A program made the translations under genes and the position numbers. The notes under the pieces were generated by a model that was given only the letters and a program-made list of their open reading frames with translations, did not search any database and was not told where the DNA came from. Of a stretch of DNA of 62,403 bases, positions 48,190 through 62,129 are shown piece by piece. The stretch covers positions 26,663,688-26,726,090 of the forward strand of contig NC_057718.1 in the NCBI RefSeq assembly GCF_004010195.1. The letters run 5' to 3'. The stretch comes from Chiloscyllium plagiosum. Its lineage: Eukaryota. Numbering within the stretch: the first letter of the stretch is position 1; every line of letters begins with the position of its first letter.

Positions 48190-48412
48190 AAATGAGTGTG
48201 AGAGAGAACTATCAAGATTTTGGATGTCTTAGTGATGGAGGTTGATAGGAGGAGAAACATCATGTTTTCACAAGAATCCAGGAAACCCTTAAGACACACC
48301 ATTAAAAAGAAGAGAACCCAGGTGGTGAAACAGATAATTCCTGGAATCTTATCCTGATGACATAGCTGCAATGTGGGAAAAGATTTGATGGCTCCAGAAG
48401 GATAGTCAAGGT
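48190..48412 (+). pseudogene. Decayed Harbinger Myb/SANT-like DNA-binding gene, first exon
   Basis: ILDVLVMEVDRRRNIMFSQESRKPLRHTIKKKRTQVV...LQCGKRFDGSRRIVK|gt resembles the Myb/SANT-like trihelix (QCxKKxNDL). Confidence 0.6.
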
Positions 48413-49208
48413 CAATGAATGCACCTCCTACCCACTGCACCGCCAACTTCTCAGACTGCTCAATGCATCACAACCTCATAAACAACCCAGCAAAGTTCCT
48501 GAGGAATTTAGATTCAGGCTTAACTTTCAGAGACTCCACACCACTGATCATGCTACCAGACACACTCACTTCATATTCAGAGACTCCACAGATTTCTAGT
48601 TGTTTAGTTATGGTAGACATATGACCCAAACACACTTCAACACAGGCAATCTTTCCCCTCTTACATTTTTTTGGCTAAGTGTCAGTTTCGTTGAATTTCA
48701 CAGAGAGTTTTTCTCCATGAGGCATAGCTAGATCTCTCATTGTATCTTAACAAACTCACTTCATTAACTACCTTTAGGTTTAAATGGATATACAAACAAG
48801 TCAAAACTGATATGAGTAAAATATTTTTCACTCAGTGAGTTGTGAGGTACAAATGCACTGTCTGGAAATGAGGTGGAGGAAAATTTAATTGAAGCAGTCA
48901 AGAGAATTTGGATGATTATTTGGATAGAAGTGTTGCCCAGGCAAAAGTTGAGAGATTGACACTAGGTGGTAGAGCCAGTCATAACAATCTGGGATTCTTT
49001 GATTCTGCGACCAATCCCATCCCTACAACATCCCACTTGCCGGATTCTAGCTCTCTCTTACCACTCACTGCTTCTGGAACAATTCACTACTCACTGAATA
49101 TCCGCTGAAAGACTGGTATCACTCACCATCTTTATTATACCACTTCGACAACAGATGAGCACTGTCATTCTGAAGCTGTCCAGCTTATGGAAGGACATCA
49201 TTCCAAAG

Positions 49209-50855
49209 ATGTCTAAGAAAGGGAAAATAGCATCAGAATTCTTTGACAGGGAGCTGAAGGTCCTGGTGGATTGGGTGGTCCACATGGCTGGCAGAAGAGG
49301 CCATACCAGTAGACCCTGACAGCCTGCTTTGAAGTTGTCAAATGGGCTAATGCTATCTCCACAGTCCAGCAGAACTGCCAGCAGTGCCACAAGAAAGTCA
49401 ATGACCTTCTCCACTCTGCTAGGCTTACTGACACACTCCTTTCTGCTGCCTCACACTTGCTCTATCTGTTAGTTCACCCATCTCACTAAAGTTCATGTCC
49501 TTCCACTCTCACTATTTGCTGCAACATCTTCTTGCACTCACTCTTTGTCGAGTTTCCACCCTCAACTTTCTACACCACAAATGCTGCATGGCATCTGTGC
49601 TGCCTACTTACCTGCCCAGGACAACTCACTACTGTCTGAATATCTGCAGCAGTACTACAGCTAAGCCATCCACTTTCATCTCACTCAATCCCTCCCATTC
49701 TCTCATTCCAGGAGAAAATTGCCCATAATAAGGCGGAAAGAGCCAGGAAAGGTGGAGGGGTACCTAACATCATGCTCCCCACCCATTACAAGGAAAGAAT
49801 CCTATTCCTCACAGGAGAAGACTCAGTTTGCTCCTGTGGGATGCCGAGACATTCATGTCCTGCAAACCAAGTAGGTACCTTTCTTCATTCCATTGCAACT
49901 CATACTAAACCCACTGTCAATGTCATTCATTGACTACCACCTGATGAAGGTCCAATTAAACCTGTTGGATTATAACCTGATTTTGTGTGATTTTTAACAT
50001 TGTACACCACTTCACATCATTGGTACAACACTCTTCTTGTGTCTTCTGATAACCAAATGGCCATGTAGAGACAGGGACTGCGCTGTGAGAAGGCATCTCC
50101 TTGATTTCTGAGGAAGAGAGTTCAGAGGCTTCAAGGGAAGCATTGGCAAGACCCCCTCCTGTATCTCTGCCAGCTTAGAAACTGACATCTCAGTGAGATT
50201 GTCAGGTTTAGAAACTTTGTGAGGACAAGCGAGTGGGAACCTCATTCCAACAGCTCTGCAAGGAAAAAAAATTCCAAACCCCAGACACCTGCTCAGTCCC
50301 AGGCAGGAGAGAACCTGTGTGATGGGCAATACTTTGTTTAAATGTACAGACTAACAAGAGCAGCAGAGAGGTTTGTGGGAAGCAATAGCCCTCATAGCCC
50401 AGAGATGGCAGGAGTTCCTCACAGCCAGCTATGCTACAAGGAACCAACTGCCTCACACTTGCAATTGTCTGACTGCCACCAATGACAGGTTTGCAGCTCC
50501 TATGGAAAGGCAGATACAGCACTCTCAGGGTCTGCTAGATACCTGCATACAACAGCACTCCATTGCTTTAGCTATTGGTTCTCAAGACCTAAGGCGTGGC
50601 AACAGGAGATTGAGGAATCTAGCACACACTCCAAGTGCTCCTTCCTTGCACAGAAATAGGGTGGTGCCAGGAGCCCAGCTGAAGGAGACTCTACACAGGC
50701 ACCTCAGAAGTCTTCTCTCCAGGCCCTCCATCCTGCCCACTCCCCTCCAATCTGAGGACAGCCCACTTGCCTCTGTCAAGATGACCCTGAGAAGACCAGA
50801 CATAAATGGCCTTGGGTCACCCAACCAAACCTCCAAGGCTAACGGGCTCCGTTAG
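49209..50855 (+). pseudogene. Decayed multi-exon Harbinger Myb/SANT-like (NAIF1/MSANTD-type) gene
   Basis: MSKKGKIASEFFDRELKVLVD...WANAISTVQQNCQQCHKKVNDLLHSAR (49209-49423). After an intron ending ttccag: EKIAHNKAERARKGGGVPNIMLPTHYKERIL (49712-49870). Low-complexity C-terminal ORF 50373-50855. Confidence 0.7.
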
Positions 50856-51149
50856 CAGCCAGACTCCATTTAACTCTGAGACATAGTGGGAGGGAAAGAA
50901 AAAATAATCCTTTTGAGAGTACTTTGGTGGCATTGGTGACATCACATTCTTTATGTTAGCATACATATTAGTGGTTTTGAAATATATCTGTTTATTTGAT
51001 TGTCCATGCAGTCCTTAATGGAACTGTGCCAGCACGATGCTTACCTTCATGTACAAATAGAGTGTACCATAGCACAATGTCTATGTTAACAGCACATGGA
51101 ACAAGATGTGCATGGGCTATATAGGGCAATGGATTCTGTTGGCACCATT

Positions 51150-51750
51150 GCTTCTCTTGGCCAGGCATCCCTATCCTTCCATTGGTCTCTATATGTAAAA
51201 GTGTCATTGTTGAATGAAGTGGTCAGCAATGTCTGGGGCAGTGCAGTGAACAGCACACAAGGAGTGCCATACTAGGATTGCCATGGATTAGGAACCCTGC
51301 AGTCAAGTGCATTGGTCTGTATGTAATGTTCTTGATCTCTAAGATATCTTACATTGGTGATTCCTGCACCTCCTTCCCTCACAGGTCGAGACATTTATTC
51401 CACGCACACTGGGTGTGGTCACAGCCACCTTCTTTCACAGTGAGTAATTTCAAATTACATCATGATAGAAGGCAACAGAAAGGGCTCTTGAGGTTATTGT
51501 TTCTAGTTTCTGCTTTATTCACTTATCCTCTTTAAATAACCTTGAAATATCTTTGCATCCTCCTCACAACTCTCACTCTCATCCAGTTTTGTGATATCTA
51601 ACAACTTGGAAATGCGGATTCATGGCATCGGAGTCAAGTATGGGCCAGTGCAGTACCTGGCGGCATCAGTGGTATCTGTATTGGCGAGGTCCAGGAGGGC
51701 TCATAGTGGCATAGGCATCAGTGGAATCGAGATGGCGATGAAGAATGATG
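51150..51750 (-). pseudogene. Possible highly decayed Harbinger transposase convergent with the Myb/SANT gene
   Basis: Minus strand LDC...ALLVCCSLH resembles CLDxS...IVVCCALHN. Little else is decodable. Confidence 0.35.
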
Positions 51751-53484
51751 ACTTCCATTCCAGCGGCAGCACAGCAAAGAGGTCTCATGCCTGGCCCATG
51801 GCAGAGCACATCCCTTGATGTGGGTTTCTCTCTACAACTGTTCATCATGTACATTAGTTCACAATTCTCAAGCAGAACTACTAAGCTTGCAAAAACGCCT
51901 CTCAGGAGCAACAGCTAAAAAACAGTTGTTCCCAGGTTGTGTATCCTCATGAATACATTTAATTTGGAATGTAGTAAATGTTTTATGTGTATTCAACCAT
52001 TAAGTAACAGTGAGACTAATTATGATAAATCAAAATAAAAGTGGATTTTATCTCCCCTGTGTGATAGTGTATCTTCCCATACCCAACATCCTGTTTCTCT
52101 CTGGTCCTCCCTCAGCCACATGTTCATTTACCTTGCATCACTTATCCCCTATTGAATCTAGCTATCTCTGCTCTCAATACATACTCTCAAGCCTCACAAT
52201 GCTGCTGAAATATGTCTTCTTGTGTTCTTTTGAGATGGCTCTTTTGTGCAAAAATGTTTTCTTTTCCCTTGTTCCTTCTTTCTTCAATTCTTATCTTTCA
52301 TTTTTTTTTCACTTCCTGGCTATTTTTGCATTTCTTGTACAGAGTATAATAAAGATGAAATTGTAGATACATTGTCATTTTATTAATATATTACAAAAAT
52401 ACTTTTTACTCAAATTCCAAAGTGAATGAATTGGGTTGTTTGTATTAAATTATTAAAGTATTAAACATGTTGATACTATTTTTAATAGTGTTCTTGACTT
52501 GATGTAATCTTTTCTTTAACTAACTATCTGCAGCTGCTGCAAAAGGCCAAGTGGGAAATGAGTCATTTTGTTTGAAAGTTCATTATCAAAATATCAGTCT
52601 CAGTCAAAATGTCAGCAATAATTATACATCTTACACAGTAAGCCCGAAAGGTAGGATTTGTGACACTGTCAGTCACCTGTCAGATTTAATGAACAGAATG
52701 TTAATAAGGTGCTAGTAAATAATCCTTTGCGTCGAAAGGATTGACTTTCCAAAGAACTTTCACAAACATTTTCTATAACAGTGGCAGCGAATCCACAGAA
52801 ACACTAAAAGACATTATCCAGATCCACCCCCAAAGTTACAGTGAATGATCTCTTTTGGCAGTATAGGCTCACTGAGATGGAGGGTCTCTTCTCTACTATA
52901 TGACTCTATGATTACACAGATGTTCAATATTAAAAATCTCTTAGGTTGCCCCAGCACTGAAATAGAGATGATTGGAGAACCATGGAAAACAAGCAAGCAA
53001 GAAAAATGTCAGACTATTTATTATACTTATTATATTAAGCACAGAGAAAATTAGTGGGATAACTTCCACTTTCCTTCATTTCTTGGATTACTGCAACAAA
53101 ATTTATTTTTGCAAAACCTCAACAATTCTGAGTGCCATGATGTTAAAGAACAGACATAGACAGGCTTTCTTTAAAGTTTAATCAAAAGATCAAATACACT
53201 TTTATTTTCACAAAAGCTGAAATATAATGTCCACTCTCCAAACAAGCAAACACACAATCAAAGATGATTGGTAGAGATGCAATATGCAGTCAAATAAGTA
53301 ACAAAGTAACAAGAAACCAGTCAAATTTTCCAATGCAGACACCATACAGCCCATCCTTCAACCAAGGCCTTCACTGAGTAGCCAGCAGGCCTGTTCAAGG
53401 TATGGTTCTGGTGCTTAGATAAATCTAACAGTAACTCTGGAGAAAGTGTACTGCACACACAGTTGGTCTGTAGACAAAGCCAAG

Positions 53485-53620
53485 CTCAACGCAAAGAACT
53501 GCAGATGTTGGAAATCTGAAGCAAATAAAAACAAAAACATACAATGTTGGAGAAACAGGCAGCATCTTTTGAATGAAAAACAGAGTTAACATTTTGAGTC
53601 CAGTGACTCTTCAACAGAAA
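53485..53620 (-). mobile_element. Penelope-like terminal fragment with decayed hammerhead
   Basis: Minus CTGTTGA-agagtcactggactc-AAAA-tgtt; homologous to 28210-28330 and 37615-37820. Confidence 0.6.
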
Positions 53621-55129
53621 TAGCAATAGCCTGGTATCTCTGGTTGAGGGGGTAACACTAAAAGCCAATGCAATTACGCTGTGGAATCGACATACGCTCA
53701 GAGGAAGTGTGTTCTATAAAAGCAAGTGAAGAGCCTGGAGATGCAGCCTGGTCCAGTGCATGAGAGGGAAACATTTCCCTGAGTGCAGTTTCCCTGAAGC
53801 AGCATTATAATGATAGTTGCTGGTGCAGCCAGAATGTAGTATTAAAGCATAGAAGCAACTGTAAGTGTGTCAGAGATGTGCCATGAGGCTTTATACAGGG
53901 TATCACATATCAGCTGACAGTGCCTGTGGACATTATGTAAATACAGCCAGTGCCCATTGAGTGTGCTTGAGATGTTGATGTTCGGTGTCTGATATAAAGA
54001 TCCTTTGGACCAAGGTTAGCTGAAGTTGTCAGATACCCACTCTGACTTCCATATCGAGTTTTCTCAATGTCAAGTTTGCTTGGCACATTTGATAAGAAAG
54101 GAAGCTGAATATTAATAAGGTGAGTCAACAGCCATCAACCAGGTCTTTAACAAGAACTAATTCTCCTTAATTGACAACTCATTGTTGACAAGCGAGAAAC
54201 TAACTGCATCATTTATCACAAACATATAAGATGGCGTGAGATCCTCCCAACATGGAGATTGGCTTCATTACACTTTTTATCCAATTCTGTCACAAACCTC
54301 ACCATAGGCCATGTCACACAGACTCCTATACGATTATGCCCATTGACTCCAGTATCTCCCAGCGGCATTGTTGGAAACAGATTTCAATGTATTAATGCAA
54401 TGAAATCTGCTGTAAGATTATAGAGTCACTAAGCAGAATACCTCTTGTTAAAATATAACTTCATTACTAAAACAATTAAATCTAGTTTCATTCAAAACTA
54501 ACACTTGACTTTATTAGGTACTTTTTTTGTAGAATAATTATATTAAACTTAGAAGTAGGGCATCGCAAGACACATACGCCAAATATGAAGAATTCTGGAA
54601 GTTTATGTGAAGTTTTACTGATCATTAATACCTTGAGACTTTCTGTTAGAAAATGTGAGAATGCTCCAGGTCTGTTTCTATGAGATATGAAGCCTTGGAA
54701 TATAAAAACATTGAGATACAGTACTACATACAAAAGGCATTACTTGTGTAAATATATAAGGAGGTAGGTGTAAGTGGTAATATCACTGAACTAGTAATCT
54801 AGAACTCTAGGCTAATCCTCAAGGGACATGAGTTTAAATCCCTACAATGGCAATCTAGAATCTGAATTGCAGTAGTAACATCAGGTGGGATCATAACAAA
54901 AAGAGTCAATCTATTCTCAGGTTAATTGCTGTTTGATTTCTTTTGGCTGTTTCTATGATAATACAAGCATTGGTCGCTTTCTATATAACTCGTATAAGTT
55001 GCTGAATTCACAATAAGTCGTATGCCATATGATGAACGAATTTGCTCTCATTTCAAGACCAGTTGCTCCAAGTCATTATTATCATTAAAATGTTGCATAA
55101 TTTGGTGAGCAGGCCATGTAGAGCAGAAA

Positions 55130-55930
55130 AGAATGCTGGAAGAGGAAGGAGGACAGGAGGAAGTAGGATTATCATCAGAAGGCCATATCCATTTAAGATG
55201 TTCAGGGACAAATACTGGATGCTGAGTGAGAAACAATATGTGCAACAACTGCACTTCAGTCACCTACTGGTAGTTTACAGAATGACAAGGTCTGCACAGC
55301 CAGTGGGTGTGAAGATGTCTATTGCAATGGGCATTGGCTTCTTCCAGATTAAGGTGGAGACATTGCAATATCCTGTAATTTTCCATATACTCTTGCATGA
55401 GTTGGGTCACTGACACGTTATAACCATTTTTTACGCTCATTTTCCAGTTAGATGCAGGTGAAGCAAGTGCAAAGCTTTCCTCGGATTGCAGGTTCTCTCA
55501 GGATGTCATTGACTGCATGTACATCACTTTGCAGATTCTATATTCAACCCTACTGTACTTTGTAAACCAAAAGGAACTCCACTTTCTCAATGTCTAGTTA
55601 AGAAACATTTACGTCAATGCCAGTATCACAGCAGAAGCCCATAGCAGTCTGATATGCCTGCCCCATTTGATACACTTTGGCAAATCAAAGGATAGCTATG
55701 TGAGAACATAGGTTATCTATTGACCGCATAGCTGATAAATTTGTTGTAGCACTCATATAGATACTCGCAGCATGTTAATATGAAAACTGTACTGCCATAC
55801 AAAACTCAATACAATGCAGAAACAACACTTCTGCTGCCTGGACTGATGAAGAGGAATTCTACAGGATTGAACGAGCAAGTGTTTAGTTTCATGTTGGTTT
55901 CCTGCCTGATGTATAAGCTCACCATTGTCT
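55130..55930 (+). pseudogene. Decayed PIF/Harbinger (HARBI1-like) DDE transposase
   Basis: RRPYPFKMFRDKYWMLSEKQYVQQLHFS; AQPVGVKMSIAM; IAG...DVIDCMYITL (cf. GxIDCTH); FVNQKELHFLNV (cf. NRKGxHSLNVQ). Confidence 0.75.
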
Positions 55931-57859
55931 CTTTCTACTAGGATTTTCTGTTACTCTTTTAAGTGTGATATCAATAACCATAATCCTAATTTCCCACTTG
56001 CTGACAGTTCCATTCTTTCTGACCCTCTATCATTGGCCATTACATCATTTAGCCACAGTGCAAACAAAGACAACCAAGAAACAAAAATTCCAAACAAATT
56101 TTGTGGATTTTAAATTTGGAAGGCTGTTCCTTAAACTTCCATTGAGCTCTGTTATAATTGGTTATACATTCACAATTCTGTGTGGAAATTCTGCATGTCT
56201 TAGGGATAGAATTTATCCTTGGATGAATTAAAAAAATCAAGTTGCACACAAAAATCAACAACAGTTGTCAATACTTGCATGTTCCCTTGCTACCTCTCTT
56301 CTACCTGCCCCAGTGCTCTAACTATATTCAATGCGAGTAGAGTGGAGGATGAAAATAAATAGTTGATAGTCTGTAGAATTCCTCCAAGAGTAGTAGAAAC
56401 AGGGTCATTGAATTTTGCTGATTTTGGGTTATATAGAGTCTTAATTGATAAGGGGTTAAAAATTGAAGTCAGGAGTGTGTTATTGAGGCCATAATCTGAC
56501 GATCCGTGATTGTATCAAATGGTTGAGCACGCTTGAGATGTTGAATGGCCTACTCTTATTCCTAAACTGAATACTTTTCTGTATGTAGTCCTGATTCTAG
56601 AAGGCCTAATATGCACTTCATTATTTCAGCGTGAGTGGAAACAGTCCAAGCTGTCTAGCTGACTAGCAATAAGAGAGACACTAACTGCTAGGAAGGGGAG
56701 GATAAATGCTGTCTTCCTGCGAGGACAGCAGGATCAAGCTCTACAGAGCAATTATCATTCCTCAACTGTTACATCAATTCCAGTAATCTATTGGAAGACA
56801 TACTGTTTGATTATTGTGACATTTTGCAAACCCCTTTGACCTGTAAACTAAAGTCATGATCACAGCAATCTGAGCCTCTATGGCAGCAAGTTGACTTGGC
56901 ATGACAGAAACTGAGCTTTCACCGCAGCACTCAGACTTCTGATAAAAGCTGCTCCTGTTACAGTAGGAGCTGGCACACGGGCTATTGGGTACTGCCTTAT
57001 GTTGTGTTCACATGAGTGCTTATGGAGGTCGCTATTACTCCTACCCTGAAAGAACACAATCCTGTGACATGTTGTTGCTGGCCTCCTCCATAACCTTTGG
57101 CCCTGATCAGAGGCTTTCTGGCAGGGTTGTCTACGTGCTAGGCAGAATTAGGTAGACAGAGCACATGGCTTTGTTTTCAATTTACTTAATAGTCACAAAA
57201 ATAAATGTTTATGCAAAATTATATGGTAGAAGCAAGTAAAACTTGCAAATGATATTCTAGTATTTAAGTGATTAACCAGGTGGAAATGTTTGTTTGAAAA
57301 CTATAATGAAACTATGAAGTGATATTTTACTCAAGGTAATACCTCCTTTCATATTGCTTCAAAGTACAACTAAAGTTTGAAAATCTAAGAACTTTTCAAC
57401 TTCCATACCTATGTATTTAATTGTCATACATTGTAACGGCCACCAATAATTTATTACATATTTTCTTCCCTCTAATGTTTTACAGCTTCATTACAGCTGA
57501 CTTTGTCACTAATCAAACATAATGCGTAGACTGTATAAAATAATTGTACTCCTTTATTGTTATCACTTTTATAGAGAAAGGGCAAAGATCAAACATCTTG
57601 GAGTAAAATCAATTATAAAATCATAATTTTATCACTGCTATTCAAATTATGCTTGAATTTGAATAACGTTTCCAAAGAAGGAGAACTACCTGGAGATCCT
57701 TTAAATTAGTGTGATGAGCAAGTGATGATGTACAAGTTCATCAGTTTGTTTTGTCAAAAACTACAACTGACATTAAAAAATGAATTAAAAAATGAAGAAA
57801 TATGTGTTTTAAAGTATAATTTGTGTTTTTTAGAATAAACCTATCAAATACAGAAACTG

Positions 57860-58552
57860 AGCTTAAAAGGAACAGAACAGATAAATAGAGGAGTGAAGTT
57901 AAACGAAACAGAAAAAGTAAACACAGAAATTAAACTGATTTTTCTAAGGAAGCAAAAACAAACTGAAATTTGTAAATCAAAAATTTCAAGGGATCCTGGT
58001 TGAATGATATAAGCGGACACAAATCTGCCCAAGTTGAGCAGTAGCAACTGATGCATCCACTGGGACAGTACAAGCACGTTAAAGACTAAAGAGGCAGCGT
58101 ACAGATCCAGAAGCAGACAGTAGGATGCTGCAACTGTTTCTGCCAATGAAGACAGTGTTGATGAATCTATGCCATCCAGACAATTTGAGCATGTTCTGAC
58201 ACATGTTCCATTTGTGGTGGACATTGGTTGTGCTCTGTTGTCAGCTGGGCATCAGTTTAGCTCCAAAAATAGAATTGGAAATTGTTTATAAGGAAGATAA
58301 AGATTGTAGGACATGTGATCACCAAAATCTAAGTGGGCTGTTAAATCAATTTGTAAGACAAGTCTTTGTTAGACTTCTCATTTGATTTGCATTTTATAAT
58401 TATTAATCAATAAGTATTTTGTTTTTAATTCATGTGTTTGCTTTGTTGACTCTTGTACAGTAACATTTCCTCTATTCATAACTATAGAATCGTGTGCTTT
58501 TTCTTAGGAAGTAACTGGAATTTTATATTTGTTCTTTTACTGGGATCATAAC
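57860..58552 (+). mobile_element. Possible LTR relic
   Basis: Ends ...ctgggatcataaCA, like the other LTR ends here (ccataaca). Left boundary not defined. Confidence 0.3.
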
Positions 58553-59059
58553 AAAATTTATAAAAATAAGCAAAGAATTTATTTCAAATAACATGCTTTT
58601 GGAGAAACAATAACAATTGACAAATAGTAACATTATATTCTCTATTGTTGTACTAATACAAATATTTCCAAATAAAATAAATATAGATCAACTCACTCAA
58701 AAATGTAGGTTTTCACTAAAATCGTGCATAATAAAAATTCAATATTCATGTTCAACCACAGAGCTTCAATTGGATTCTGCTTTTTAGATTTACTGCAAAT
58801 TAAACTAATATAACTTTTCTTTTATTGTTAATCAATTTTGTGATCAGGAACAATGAACGTAAAGGTGATAATCTAGAAATTGAGATATGCAATGTCAGTT
58901 TTCGGCCTCTGATTGGCTTCCTAAGCTTTCAATATAGAAGTACACCTTCAATGAAAGTCAAGGTGTGCATTGTTAAAGGCATAAAATTGGTACCTAGTTT
59001 CCATAGTTTAAAAGCTATAAGGTCCTTTGTATATCCAATCTGGTGCAACTGCCTCAGCA

Positions 59060-59240
59060 CTATCTTTTCGTGAAGCTCTTGAACAAGCACCCTGTCTCAA
59101 CCATAGCTCATCCAAAACTTTGGTTCTGACATCTTAACTCAGACCAAGTCCAGTTCAAACGTCACATTGTGTTTTCTGGCTTAAATCAGATCCAAAGCCT
59201 TGGCCTGTGAACTCTGTAATCTCCTGCAGCCCCACAGTTC
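59060..59240 (+). mobile_element. L2 LINE fragment
   Basis: ctcatccaaaactttggttctgacatcttaactcagaccaagtcc translates LIQNFGSDILTQTKS (cf. LIQNSAARILT). Confidence 0.5.
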
Positions 59241-60629
59241 ACCAATAGATACAAGATTTAGCTAGTTTGAAATATATTTAGGTTAAAAGTGTGACATAAA
59301 TGTTATTTTACATATTGTTTTCGGCCCCTGATTTGCATACACAAATGGTCTACTGGATGTTGCAGGATTGTGCAATGCATGCCAAATATTTTGACCTTTA
59401 CAAAATACCATTGCTGCCTCATAATGAATGTTCACTTCCTGACTGGCATTTAGCCATACTGGCCTAGTGCCTTAGAAAGTAATTTATTTCCCCTTTCACT
59501 GCACAAACAAATTTCTAAACTCAATAGATCACTTTGATATTCTTTTCACAATTTGTATAAAAGGCTCCCAACCAACCTCTGACACTGTTTCAGTGATTAT
59601 TTCTCTCTTGATTCGTTGGTGCACCTGAATCTTTCATGGTACCTTGAGTGGATAAATATTTAAGAAGCTAGACCACTGCTAGAATAAAGGAAAATGTTTG
59701 ATCTCAGTAACTTATCCATAAACATAAATATCCACTAATTTCACGATTGTCTTACTGAGGTTGCAGTGTTTATTTTTAAAGGATGCCAGTTCAGCAAGTC
59801 ATCAAAATTACTTTGACAATGTTGTGATTGAGGCTGGATGAGTGCATTCTTGATCTAATCCCACTATGCTACAGATTACAAATTATTTTACCTGTTATTA
59901 AAATGGTAAATAAAATATCTTATCATAACAGGTTTTAAATAAAAAAGATCTATTGACCACATCTCCTCAATGAACAAATTAATTGGTTATTATAAAAACA
60001 ACAGTTATTCAATGTATACACAATAACTAGCTAACCGAGAGTCAGTAAAATGGAACTATGAATGTTAATCGTCAAATAATGCAAATCACACACACTTCAA
60101 ATGAAGAGAAAAGAAACAGATTTCCTATCTCTGCAAATGCTCTCTTTAAATAAAGGAAACATTTTCTGGCATTATGGTCATTCTTGAAGGTCAAAAGTGA
60201 AAGGTGCCAAATGTTTCAATTCTGATTTTCTGCCACGTGTAGTCAAATCACCAATCCTGTACTGTTGTCTGTGGAGTATTGAGACACAGCATTCTCAAGC
60301 AATATAATATTGAGAAATTTCCTTTCCCAGAAAAAAAACACGGGTTACACTTAAACTCAATAAGAGAGTTGTTTTTAGAAATAAGGGGGATGAGCCATGC
60401 AGCTCTTTGACAAAAGCTTTTCATTAGCCAAATAATTCCAGATATAGAATCACTCTCCATCCAGTCACTGTTTAAACAGCATTATCATGTGTCTATAGCA
60501 GAATAACTTGATGTCATGTGAATTCTCAGAAACCTTGTAAAGAAATTCTCCCAAATTCATAAGGACCTTTCAATGACCTCTTTTAAGGAAACTATTCCTG
60601 GTATTTCCACAATACTTCAAACAAATAAC

Positions 60630-61548
60630 TTTGTGGGTGTCGCTAGTGGGCCAGTATTCATTGCCCATCCCTAGTTGCCTTTGAGAAGGTGTGGTGAGCT
60701 TGAACTGCTGCAGTCCATCTGCTGTAAGTTGACCCACAATGCCATTAGGGAGGAGATTCCAGAATGTTGACCAACCAACACTGAAGAAATGGCAATATAT
60801 TTCCAAGTCAAGATGGTGAGTGGCTTGGAGGGGGACTTGAAGGTGATGGTGTTCCCATGTATCTGCTGCCCTTATCCTTTTATATGGAAGTGGTCGTGGA
60901 TTTGGAAGGTGCTGTCTGAGAATCTTTGGTGAATTTTTGTAGTGCTTCTTGCAAATAATACACAATACTGCTTCTTGAGTGTTGCTATAGCTGCATTCAT
61001 CCAGGCAAGGAGAGAGTATTTTATCATACTGCTGACTTGTGCCTTGTAGATGATGGACAAGCTTTGGGCAGTCGAGGTGAATTACTCACAGGAGTATTCC
61101 TAGCATCTGACTTACTCTTGTAGCCACTGTATTTATATGGCAAGTCCAGTTCAGTTTCTGGTCAATGGTAACTCCAGGATTTTGATAATGGGGGATTCAG
61201 TGATGGTAACACCATTGAATGTCAAGGAGTGGTGGTTGATTTGCTTCTTACTTATGATAGTCATAGCCTGGCACTGTATGGCACGAATGTTACTTGCTAC
61301 TTGTCAGCCCAAGCCTGGATATTGTCCAGATCCTGCTGTATTTGAACATGTACTACTTCAGTATCTGAGGAGTTGCAAATTGTGCTGAACATTGTGCTTT
61401 AATTGGTGAACATCCCCACTTTTGACGTTATGATGAAGGGAAAGTCATTGATGAAGCAGGTGAAGGTGGTTCAGTCTAGGACACCATCCTGAGGAAGTCC
61501 TGCAGAGATGTCCTGGAGCTGAGATGACTCATCTCCAACAAATATGAC
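60630..61548 (-). mobile_element. CR1/L2-group LINE RT C-terminus and 3' UTR (distinct family)
   Basis: SIIYKAQVSSMIKYSLLAWMNAA. The 3' UTR ggcaactagggatgggcaatgaatactggccc resembles the DeuSINE-like tail. Confidence 0.8.
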
Positions 61549-61795
61549 CATAGAACATAGAACATAGAACATAGAACATAGAAGAATACAGCGCAGTACA
61601 GGCCCTTGGGCCTTGGACCTTGCGCCGATCCAAGCCCACCTAAACTACACTAACCCACTATCCTCCATATACCTATCCAATGCCCTCTTAAATGCCCATA
61701 AAGAGGGAGAGTCCACCACTGTTACTCGCAGGGCATTCCATGAACTAACGACTCACTGAGTGAAGAACCTACCCCTAACATCAGTCATATTCCTC
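61549..61795 (-). mobile_element. CR1 3' end with (TAGAACA)n tail
   Basis: catagaacatagaacatagaacatagaacatagaagaatacagcgcagtacaggcc. Confidence 0.88.
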
Positions 61796-62129
61796 ATATG
61801 GCATTAGTATCTTTCCTAAATTGAGGATTGTAATTCCTCATACTGTCGTCCAAGTGCGGTTGAACTGAGCCACCATACATTGGAAATAATGCTTCGTTCT
61901 CGTGCCCTGAAATCCTTCTGCAGCTTTCACAACAGACTTCTACAACGGCTACTAGACTGTAATGACTTATTAAAAACTTCTCCAAGATGCATTTCTAAAC
62001 ATCTGTACATCAGACTTTCTACTTCAAACCTTCGACAAATAATCTCCACACATTTCCCTCCTGACAAGTATGATAAAGTCAAATCGTTGCTATTTATTAG
62101 ATCATGAGGGACATGGATAGGTTGACTCG

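Noticed and set aside
56600..57200. Repeat-free, higher-complexity stretch that might be an enhancer or conserved element (similarly 26860-27260)
   Set aside because: Cannot be supported without cross-species alignment or chromatin data.
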